A DNA stretch of 64,000 nt, taken from Perna viridis. Lineage: Eukaryota. The notes under the pieces were generated by a model. The model did no database searches. It was not told the DNA's origin and saw nothing but the letters and a program-made list of their open reading frames with translations. Position numbers and translations under genes: made by a program. Positions within the stretch are counted from its first letter, which is position 1. Each line of letters starts with the position of its first letter. The stretch covers positions 6,324,001 to 6,388,000 of the forward strand of contig CM074512.1 of assembly GCA_037379345.1 (NCBI GenBank). Direction: 5' to 3'. Below, piece by piece: positions 25,801 to 37,800 of this stretch.

Positions 25801-28800
25801 TGAAACTGACTTCAACTATGGACTTAAAGCTATCGGAGTTTTTCATCATATTTAAACTGACATGTCCTGTGTGTTTAATAGATCCGTAGCTGGCCGCAAT
25901 GTTAGACGTAAATGCTTTTGGGGTTCCTTCAGTTGTAAGAGACGCTCTCAAATTCTTTGTCCATGATGATTTTATGTCAAGTTTTCCAGAAACTGTTGAT
26001 TTTGTGTTAAAAGCAAAGTTTGCTGAACAAGATTTATCATTATAGTTCACGTTTATTTCGGTTTTAAACTTTCTGATGGAACCTCTTGTTTTGAAATCAA
26101 TCGTAGCATCATGTTTGAGAGATCCGCCATAACTGATCTTTATATCTGATTTTAAGCTAAGATGGTTATTTGCAAGATTTCCAGATACGACAACATCGTC
26201 ATAAAATGGTGTCTTTAAACGGAACTGAACTGTCAACTTATCTTTTGAATTAAAAGATAGAGAAAATGACCCTCTCTGTTTGTTGTATTCAAGAGAACCC
26301 ATCGTTGATAATTTTTTCAATGAACCATCAAATCCGAATTGAAAGCTAGTATCATGTTGAAGTTTTCCCCCATAGGTCACTTTCAGGCATGTCTTGGAAT
26401 GCTTAAGGTTACCTTCTGTAGAAAATGCAATGATTATATCATCTGTAAACGATGTTTTGGTTGTCAACTTGCCTTCAATTAAATCACTCGTGCTGTCGAA
26501 AACAGCTGTGACTGCTGCATTCTTCTTGTTGTACATTAGTGATGTTTCACCTGTGAACTTGCTCATAATACCAATTGCTTTAAATGTAAAACTTGCATCG
26601 TGTTGAAGTTTTCCACTGTAAGTAATTTTAAGGCACGACTTGAAATTATTCAGTTTGCCTTCATGAGAAAAGTGAATAATAACATCTTCGGAAAAGGGTG
26701 TTTTCACCGTCAATTTCCCTTCAATAAACTCAGAAGTGTCGAAAGCAACTACTGCTGATGTCACTTTGTTATTGTAGGTCAAAGACGTTTCTGTATTAAA
26801 TTTCGCTAGAACACCATCGTGATTAAATTTCAAACTAGCATCATGCTGGAGTTTTCCACTGTATGTCATTTTAAGACATGACTTGAAATTCCTTAGTTTG
26901 CCTTCATGAGAAAAGTGAATAATCACATCATCAGAAACAGGTGTTTTCACCGTCACTTTCCCTTCAATGAATTCAGATATGTCGAAAGTAATTTCGGCTG
27001 ATGTCATTTTGCTGTTGTAGGTCAAATATGTATGTGTATTAAATTTAGCTAAACCACCATCGTGATTAAATTTCAAACTAGCATCATGTTGAAGTTCTCC
27101 ACTGTATGTTATTTTGAGACATGACTTGAAATTCCTTAGTTTGCCTTCATGAGAAAAGTGAATGATCACATCATCAGAAACAGGTGTTTTCACTGTCAAT
27201 TTCCCTTCAATCAATTCAGATGTATCGAAAGTAATTTCGATTGATGTCATTTTGTTGTTGTAGGTCAAAGATGTATCTGTGTTGAATTTAGTTAGACTAC
27301 CATAGTGATTAAATTTCAAATTAGCTTCATGCTGAAGTTTTCCACTGTATGTTATTTTGAGACATGACTTGAAATTCTTTAATTCGCCTTCATTAGAAAA
27401 GTGAACAATAATACTGTCTGTTATAGGTGTCTTCAGAGCAGCCTTTCCTTCAATACTGTCTGTGGCTTTAAATGAAACATCAATGGAAGCCTGTTGTCCG
27501 TTCAATCCAATTTCTGCATATGTGTTGAAATTTGTTAATGTTCCTTCATGACTAAAAGATCCTTTCAATTCAAATGATCGTTTTCCATATGTCAATCTAC
27601 TCATCGAATGGAAGTTTTTTACTCGTCCTGAATGTTTTATTAAGGCCGAGAAATCTTGTGTATATGGTGTTTTTAATTCGAGTTGTCCGTCAATATTATT
27701 TGTACCGTCGAAAATAACTTTTATACTGTTTTTTTTATTAATGATTATTGCTTCAGCATATGACCTGAAATTGTTAATTTCTCCATCAAAGTCAAGTTTT
27801 CCTGAAACTCGTTTACCATTATACACAGCTTGTGCTGAAGATTTAAGAGACTTAAAGTCTCCAATGGTAGAGAATGTCACTTCCATTTCATGTTGTTTAG
27901 CTCCGTTATATGTCAACTGAGACAGTGAGCGGAAATCACCGAAGTCATCGTTATTCGAAGTTGCGAAAATGATGTCCTCTGTAAATGGGGTTTTAATCAC
28001 AGCATCAATCTGTATTCCATTAGTCAAGTCTGTTGTCACTTGTCCAGTTATCTTATTGTTACCATATCCAGTTTCGACAACTGATTTAAAGTTATTTTTA
28101 GTTCCATCATGATTAAGTTTTAGAAGAAGGTCTTTGGTGTATGGACTTTTAACCGTTGCCCTGATATCGACACGGTCGGCAAAAGTACTTGTAAGATCTG
28201 CCTCAGCAACCTTCCCATTGACGGATATTTCAGCATGACTATCAAAGTTATTTGGAGTCCCTGCAATACGTGTAGATATATCACCCGATTTAAGATAACT
28301 GAATGGGGTCTTGATAGTGAATGAAGCTTTTGCCATGTCACTCACTGAAAATAGTAAATTCGCTTCGATTTTCTGTTGATTAATTCCAGCTTCTATTTGC
28401 CCGTTCAACTTTCTCTTTGATCCAGATTTAGAATACGTTAAGTATATTGTTTCTGCATCTTTAAATGGTGTTAACATTATGATGTTTCCTTTAATGTCTG
28501 ACTTGCTTTCCATTTGTGTCTCCAAAGAAAGTTTTTTCTTCCCATAAAATATCTGGACTAAAGCTTTGTTGTTTAACATTCCTCCATCATATTCGTAAGT
28601 TCCTTGAATCTTAGGCAGGTTACCAGCTTTCAAAGACATGGTTCCAAACGGAGACCCCTTTCGTCCAATTAACGAGTCAAAAGAAAAAATAGATTTCTTG
28701 CCATAATCAATGTTTATTGAAGTCTTCATTTTACCTCCATCGTTGTGATGAACATTTGCTTTTACGGTGTCAAAATATGGTGTCATAAATGTGAATTTTC

Positions 28801-31800
28801 CTTCGACCCCACTAATAGTATTAAACTTGAGATCAGCGAAGCTTTTTTTCTTGTTAAAAAGCAGATTTGTTCTAGAATGGAAGTTGTTTATACTGCCACT
28901 GTATGTAAAGGACACTTCTGTAACTGGGTATACTTTTGAAGGTATTGAAATCTTGGTTTCTGCGGACAGCTGATTCACAGAGTCAAAGTTTAGTTCAGCT
29001 ATATATTTGTCCTTATTTGATGCAATATTCAATTTCGTATTGAAGGCAGTTAAATGACCAGAATGTGAAAAGGAACCTGTCACCCTTTCATAATTTTTGA
29101 ATGGTGTCATTACTGTTATATCAGTGCTTCTTGTTTGTCTGTCAACCAAGAAATCTACTGAAATTGTATCTTTCTTGAAGTAAGTTATCTCCGCATTTGT
29201 CTTTATCTTTTTAGAAGATACATCGTGCTGCAGAGATGCTTTTACGTTTTTGTAACCAGCATAAGGAGTCTGTGCAGCAACCAAAATATCGATAGATGGA
29301 TTTACAACAACATTCACATCCCCAGCAATTACATATTGCTTTCCCCGGGAAAATTCGGCGTGAGACTGAAAGTTGGTTAATGTTCCTTCATGAGAAATTT
29401 CTGCATTCATTTTTTTCCAGCCAGCAAATGGAGTCTCTAGTGAGGATGCCCACATAATTTTAGAGCCTAAAGATGTCTTCATATTGGCTTTTATCATATC
29501 TTTTCCTCTCTTAACACTCGCATCGCATTTAAAATTCTTCCAATTCCCCTCATGCTTAACATTAGCGACGACTTTCTTAAATCCTTTGAACGGCGAGACA
29601 AAAATGAGGGTTGCTTTCATGACTTTTGCCAAGCGGAAGTTCAAATCGGTACTGATTTTTTCTTTTTTGCTAAAAATCAAATTAATTCTATTTCTAAAAC
29701 TTTTGAGTTGCCCTTTATGAACGATATTCAATGTCATATCATCAAAGAACGGAGATGCTAATTTCAAGGATGCCTTTGTACTCTTGCCTGTGATCAGTGC
29801 GATATCAGCTGAATTTGGTTTCATTTTTCCGTAAACGTATTCTGCATGGGTTTTCAGATTCTTTAGAGATCCTGTATGATGGAAGGAGGCTTTAAAATCT
29901 TTTATATAGGCAGATTTGATTATCAAAGATCCTTGCATCTTGGCAAGATTTTTGAAAATAACTTTTGCCTCGTGTGGTTCTCCTTTCTTAAACTGGGTCC
30001 TCATTTCAGTACTAAATTGTTTAAAGTCTCCCTGATGGGTGGCTTCAAAGCTTATTTTGTCTAAATTAGGACATTTGTATGAAATAGCTGCTTTAAAATT
30101 CTTAGCCTTGTTGTTCAAAGCAAAGTCAAAAACATGCTTCTGATTACCTTTATACTTCAGTTCAGCGTGAGTTTCGAAGGAAGGATATTTTCCTTGGTTG
30201 AAGAAAGATAAACTGACTGGATAGTGGAATGGACTTGTCAAAGTGGCAAACCCTTCGGTTTTTTTGCTTTTGTTGAAAGCAAAATCAACGGAATAATGCT
30301 TTCCTTTCGGATACTCAATACCTAAAGATGAAATCAAGCCCGTTGTTTCGTCAACTTTATGCTTAAGTGATGCCGATGCGTGTCGTAAGGCTCGGAAAGG
30401 AGTCTTGATTTCAAGGGAAACCTCGATATTGTTAATATTCATTTGATGAGTTGCTTTTCCAGTAATGAATTTGCTTGGCATGTATTCAATATTAGCTAGT
30501 GTTGTAGTAAGTTCTCCTTTCCTTTGGCTAGAAATCGTAACTTGACTGTATGGAAGGCTTTCAAATGGAGTTTCAATTCTTAGGTTTCCATCGATGCTGC
30601 CATACATATTAAATGCACCTGAAGCAAGGAGTTTTTTTGTTGTTGGCTCTGCCTCGACACTGCCAATAAAGGAAAACGATCTGCGGTCACCTTTAGCTTC
30701 TAGTACTGAGTTAATAGTCTTCATTGTTTCGTATGGTGTAGCAATGGATGTTGTGAAAACGAAATGGTCATCAACTCGGAATTTGTTTTCTACTGAAATT
30801 TTTCGTCCTGTTGAGTAGTCCATTGACACCAACGTAACGATTACACCGTCAATATTACTTTGCTTTGCCACCATAACAATATCATCTGCAAATGGTGATG
30901 AAACCTTCAAGGACCCTTGTGGATATCCAGATGTCATATCTAAAGCTGCATCTGCGTGGACTTTCTGACTATCTTTCGCCAAATCAAGGTTTATTTTTTT
31001 CACTGGATCAGTGGTATAGCTTAGGTCTGCTGTATATTTAGTTCCCATTGGACATGTGTACGATAGGGCGGATCTTTTTTCTGATTTTTTATTAGAGAGT
31101 TGAAAAGATCCAGACATAGTTCTCATCCCTGAAAACGGGGTTACAATGTTCAGAGTTCCCTCAGAGAAACTGTCTCGCATTATATAACGTGATTTGAGTT
31201 CGATGTTTTTCCTAGGCAAATATTCAATGTTCAATTCAGATGATGTCATTCCAGATGTAAGTTTGCTGTTTACTGTTACTTGGCTGTATGGAATTTCCGA
31301 GAATGGAGTATCAAGTCGAAGTTTACCACTCAGTCCGCTGACTGTGTTCCATTCAGAGCTAAGCTTAACTGTGTTTGCCTCTAAATATGCCATACCATTT
31401 CCGTTTTGTAATCTGAACAATCCTTCTATTTTATTGATATTTTGAATTGAAGAGCTGAGAGATATTTTTAAAAACTTGATGTTATCCCATTTATGTCTTT
31501 TTTCAACAGATAGTATTTCTTCATTTCCGTACTGAAGAGAGGTAGATAACAGCATTTCATCATCGTTAGCACCACCAGCTATAATTACTATAGGTTTGGT
31601 AAATGGTGTCTTTACCTTAATTTTACCGTTTTGTCTGTTCTGCTGTCGGTCAAAGGAACCTGATATGTCAATTTGTTTTTCATTCATTTTCATATTGACC
31701 TGGCCTGTCATTGGATATTTTTGATAGTCTGAAACAACTAAAATCTCGTTTGAAACACCAGAGGAAGACAAAGTGGTCTTGAAATTAACTTGTCCAACTT

Positions 31801-34800
31801 TTCTGTTGTAAACAACTTTACCAGACATGAGGGGTTTTCCTCCTAGAGAAGCACTTATTGAACTGTCAACTAATGATGGCTGGTGGGTGTGATCAACACG
31901 GAGAAGAATTTCTTCGTTGAAAGGAGATTTTAGTTTAAAACTGACAGATATTCCACCCTGTTTTAATGTCAGGGCCTGTCGTCCACTTAAATCTATTTCG
32001 AAAGGTTTTCCTCCGATATTTGTGGTAAACTTTGAAGTTATTTCTCCGCTAGAATGGATATGATCCCATTTTGTCCTGAATGTATCCCGTCCAGCTGTAA
32101 GGATTACTTTGCCGTTTGTTTTGAATCCTGCTCTAGTAAATTTGTGACTTCCTTTTCCTTCATACATAAATTTCTCTCCATTAAGGTCAAATGTAATGGA
32201 GTTGTAGAATTTATTATCTGATAGTTGATTGGTAAGAGTCAGGGACGATGAGCCGAGTCTATGGTAGGACGTTTTAATACTGACTGATCCTTTGATGTCA
32301 TTGATATTATTGTTGTTTAAGTCAACTATCAGATGAACGTTTTCCTTGTTAAGTTGCATTTTCAGACTTGATTCTAGTTTGGTATTGAAAGTATGATTGA
32401 TTTCAATAGATGACGATTTAATGCCAGTAAAAGGTGTTATAAGAGTAACCGCTCCATTGATGTTTACTCTCCCAAATGGTTTGTCAAGTCTCACTGTTAA
32501 AGCAACTTTCTTAGAATTACCCCATGACAACTCAATTTCATTTGAGTATTGCCTATCAGAAGATACAAGATTGTACTTAAGCAGTCCATCTTTAGATAAA
32601 GTCTGTATACGAATTTCTCCAGATTTTTTGCTATCGTCATCAGCATGGATAAGATCGAAAGCGAATCTAGATTTACCTCCAACGGATACGTCGAAATGGC
32701 TCTTGGTTTCTTTGCCTATAACGTGGTTGTAGTGAGTGTTAATATTCTGAATTGGATTAGTAACATCAAATGTAGCACTGACCTCTTTTGCGTCCTTATT
32801 GATAACTTCTCCGACTAGTTGAATCCTTTTTGATGGATCTATGTCAGCATCCCATTTGAAGTCAACTTTCCCAAAGTATTTGGGATGATTTTTTTCAGCC
32901 TCGATTTCAGCTATGATACGGGTCTTATCAACTCTGATATCACCACCTACTTTGATCATTGTGCTAGGTTTGTACTGTGAGGTAAATGTCATCGCTAAAC
33001 GTTTTCCTAATTGCACACCTACGCGAAAGTCACGTTTTCCTCTGTTCAACTGACCAGCTATAGTGAAAGTTTTCATGTTTGGAAGGGAAATGACATTAGA
33101 AATATCAAATTCGTTAGTTGAAGCCACCTTAGCTGTTGATATAACAGAGGCCTTTGTCTTTCCTATAACGGCTGAAAAGTCATTACGATACTTTTGTTTG
33201 TTTTGTTGTATGAACACGTTAGAGAAGGTCATCGATCGTTGATTCAAAGACATCGAAATTCCCCCGGCAATTGACGATAATTTTTTACTCTTATCTTTAA
33301 GGAATACTGATGCTGAAATGGTGTGTTTCTTTCCTATAGACATTGAGAGTGTAGTATCAAGAGATTTCTTGTTGTGACTATGGCTTCCTTTAATTTGCAC
33401 ATCTATACCCTGTCAAAACAAAAGAAACTAGATTTATAGAGGTCAGACAAGCAAAAGAGGAAAGAATATTTTTACTTAATTTTCTTTAAAAATGGTTTAT
33501 ACGACATTTTAATATTTCATTTGTTTACTTCAAAATACTCACTTTTTCACATCAACCATAGGTACATTGATTAAAAACATATTTCAAAAAATATAGAAGC
33601 AACACATAGATGGTTATTGATATAAAGAAAGACGCTTACTGTTTCGGGATGTTGGAGTTGTGCATTAAGACTAACATCACTTGCTCTCCATGCCAACTGA
33701 TGTTTGACAACCGATGAAAAATTGATAGTTTTGTCTAGGTTTTTCTTATTAGCTCCATATTTGACACTGACGTCAGACTTGGTCAGCTTGGCGTTGCTCA
33801 AAATGTTGACTCCAAGATTGAGGTTTAGGTAAGACATCTTTTTAAAGTTTAAAACTCTGTTAAAAAAAATAAAAGAAATGACATCACGAACATCTCAATA
33901 GAGACAATCATTTAAAATATAAACACTAAAACATCCTTTTTGCTGTGGCGATGATATCCAATTTTCTCTACATCCAGGTAACTTTAAAAAGTTATTCAAA
34001 CACACATTAAGCTATGCGAGTTAATTAGGTCCTCAGACCTTTTCGGCACATAAACTGATGCGAAATGGAGGCATTGTATTACACCAAAAAAGGACGAGAC
34101 AGATATTTAAATTGGGCAAAATCCAAAGAAGGTGAAGATTTGTTTAAATTTTATCGATATCCAACTAGTTGGGGCCACAAGGCATCATTAAAAGGGATTA
34201 AATTTCATACTTAAAAAATTGTTTTAGCGACCATTTATTATTCTTACCCATTTCCTTTCACTGTTGTAACCTTCTTCGTACTTCTCCAGTTGACCTTGGA
34301 ATTCATTGTGATTTTGTCACGTGCAACTCGTGGAATGATGTAATCTATATTGGTCCTGGTAATTATAGATGTTGGCCTCAGAATAAAGTTTGCTCTCCCC
34401 TTGGTAGTAAATACGGGCGACTGAATGTTTATCTTGGACTGCAATCGTGTTTGCTTGGCATTTCCGGTGTCTCTTACTTGGACTGCAAGTGAGCACGTAT
34501 GTTTTATGCAAATATTGGCAAAAAGCATTGTTTCTCTTGGAAAGAAACACGCTGTTACCAGGAATGAAATAGCGTCCAAAATGACATATACTAAAAATGC
34601 CGTTTATTGACATGACCTGCGTATTTTACTTAAAATAGTTTTTATGGTGAAAGAGAGATATGTTGTATTTCATTTAACAGATAAAAAATGTTTATATCAA
34701 CAGTGTTAGATACGCATATTACGTCAATAAATGGTAATTCTCTAAAATGACCTTAATAAGGATATCCTGTTATTTCTATTGCCTTACAAATAAAATAAAC

Positions 34801-37800
34801 TTAGTAAAATAAAGTAACACCGTGTTTAAACTATTCCATTTGAAATGAAATATGTTTTTTATTAAATTTCTTGTTGTTTCATTTTTTGGTGTTACGTTTT
34901 GTTTACCTTATGTTCAGTTATCGTTTATATTCGGTTTGTACTGATTTTTGATGCACCAGATTTGTTCCGTTATTGACGATATTATTGCCGATATTTATAA
35001 TTATTTTAGAGAGAAGATTTCTTGCTTTATGCCATTAAAAGATTAAATGTTATTCATATGTAATGTTACTTACCAAGATATTTCATTGGTGATTTAGTAA
35101 GACCAGTTACCGTCAAGTCCACTTTAACTGCTTGATTGAATTTAACTTCTACGGAACCTCCAAGTCCCATTAAGTCCTTAGAGAGAGCTTTGATGGAAAC
35201 AAACGGGCTGTATCTGAGTGATTTTTTAGTTTGAAGGGTTTGAAGTCTGGTCTCAAAACTGTATTCCTCCTTCTTACTCAAGGATACGCTGGCTTTTACA
35301 GACCTTATTACCTTTTTATTCAATACTGATACTGTGAATAGAATATATCCATATATAATATTTATATCACAGACATTTCAATAATAAACTCTTTAAGATT
35401 TGAAACAAGATTTCTTTTTTTTTTTACTTTTGAGAATTATTAGTATGCGAATTTTTATTATACCGATGACGTCCTGCAAATGCCTTCTGATTTGGAAAAT
35501 AAATAACAAAAGTGCGAAAAAGTATCACAAAAGCCCGGCAATTCAGATTTTACTGTTTTTTGGCATAGCCTTGCTAAAACAATCTTCCCAAAATAAGCTG
35601 TTGTGGATTTTCCTGTCTTGCATTCTCAATGGTGTTATGTTCTTCATTTCTTAAAGTTAATGTATTAGCCATTGTTTTATATAACTTACCTCTCATATTG
35701 ATAGTATCCTTTGACACTCCGTAGACAGAAACAACAGCATCAAGAGTTTTTCCCGCTAAAAACTGAACAGTTCCGTCAAGTTTAATATTATCTCTTCGTG
35801 GTATAATTATTTCTAACGTTGGAGTGTAGATCCAAGTGGAAGATTTCTTCTTTTTTGCTATAGCAGCATTTACGGAATATTCTCTCTGATCAATTGTAAG
35901 TTTACCATTTAATTTTCTCTCCTTTGTCACAATAGCGCCTAAAATTAATTTCTGTATAAGTTAGCAATTGCAATTATAATCCTAACAAGAATAAATAATG
36001 AATCGATTTTAATGTTTATCTATTTTCCCTTTATTATTTGGACGCATTTTTGAAAACTTATATAAAATTTACAGAGAAAATGATTTCTTGATTTTGAAGT
36101 AAAACCTTACCATTGAATGCCGCTTTTTTCCATGGAGACAACATGACCATCTCTAAATTGTGTTTATTCAAGTTCAAGTTCAATCCAACTTTCATCTGTC
36201 TGTCGACCTTAGATCTTGGGGTGTTAAATTCGGCATTCACCGATACAAGGGATTTCGTCTGAAAACGATATGTAAACTATTTATTTGTTTGTTTGTTTGT
36301 TTGTTGGGGTTTAACGTCCGAGCAGCAATATTTCAGCTATATTCAGACGATGAACATGAAATCGATGATAAAATGAACATAAAATAATGAAATGAAAAAG
36401 GGATGGGACACAAGGACAATGGTGTCGACAAAACGTGGCATCTTTCCCAACACGGTGCACCACTATGGTTTGCGGTCAGGTTTTCCGTATTATAGCCTGA
36501 CAACCCCAGCATGTAACACGCCAGGGGTACCCCATTGCACCGCCTGGGGCACACATCCCAGTTGCTCTGTGGGCTAAGGTTCTGAGCACTATTTAGTCGC
36601 CTTTAACGACAAGTTAAGCGCTGCTGCAGGCCTATTCTTTTAACACCCGGACCTGCACGGGGATGTAAACTATTTAGGTTATTGTTGCCACTGACTTCCA
36701 ATCTTAAAACAGTTGCTGCTATTCTTATAATATTAAAGATTTGTGCGTGAAAAGGTTGATGGTCCCACTCTGTTACTCTTATAAATGTTTCTTTTTAAAT
36801 GATCATTTTTTATTATCTCAATTATCTCACCAACACATGTTAATTGACTGTTGCAATAAATTTCTTTATCAGTTTAAGAATGTTGTTGTGAATGTAATTA
36901 CCTTAGCAAACTTATACTCCATTTTGTAGCTATTATGAGAATCCCTCTTGTAAAGAGTAATTCCAGCTCTGACAGGACCCGTTAGTGGAAAATATGGAGC
37001 ATCACTTTTCATTGAAGCATTTGGGTAAGAGATTTCTCCACACATTTCTAGACCGCTGACCTGAGCAAGTGTGTCACCTGTACAAATTTTTTTCGTCTGT
37101 CTGTTTTTTGTAACCATTTTCTGTTCTTTGGCTTCGTCACGATGAACAGTGAAAAAACTTGTTCTACAATGCGAAACTTAAAGTTAATATTTTAAACAGC
37201 AAAAAGATTTTTTAAAAGGCGATATTTTTTTTAATGTTTAGATAATTACTTTAGTTCAGTATGTACTTTACTCTGACCAGTGAAAACCATTCGTATTTCA
37301 CTGTACTCACAGATTTTATTCGCTTAGAATTTTTGTTATTGCTTTTTTTTACTAATAGGATTAAAATAATGAATTTCTGTGGTTCGTCAACAATCTCTGC
37401 ACTTTTGTGGTAAATTTAGTACAGGGGTTATATTTTACCTTGCTTCTAGGATCTCCGTCTTCATGTCTGGGGTTTTCCATTCAGCACTTAACAGTTGTCC
37501 TCCCTTAAGTTCAATATGACCTTCAAGAGCGGAAGCTGAGTTCATTGATGAAATCATCTTCATTCCAGCTTTTGTGACAAAAGCGTCGACACTCATCAGA
37601 CTTGTAACTTCAATAGCAGCACTGGACAAATGTAATTATAAGAATTAACACATATTGGTAATATAATTTAAGATCTTGTACAGCAACCATATAATGCTAT
37701 CAAATCAAAAGTAATGACAAGAATTTACATTGTGTATTATAACAATAAAAGAAACAATAAAAATATAATGTTTTAGAAAATTACCTAGGCTTAATTTTTC

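Noticed and set aside
23161-32732. Short antisense and alternate-frame ORFs overlapping the giant exon and other exons
   Set aside because: Expected shadows of a long coding frame; no independent motifs.
23084-33409. apoB48-like C-to-U editing site
   Set aside because: No TGATCAGTATA mooring sequence noticed on the sense strand (read by eye), and APOBEC1 editing of apoB is a vertebrate feature.
34317-34613. Alternative acceptor at 34420 giving the VARIYYQG frame
   Set aside because: That frame hits a stop; the acceptor at 34482 keeps frame and phase with exon 19.
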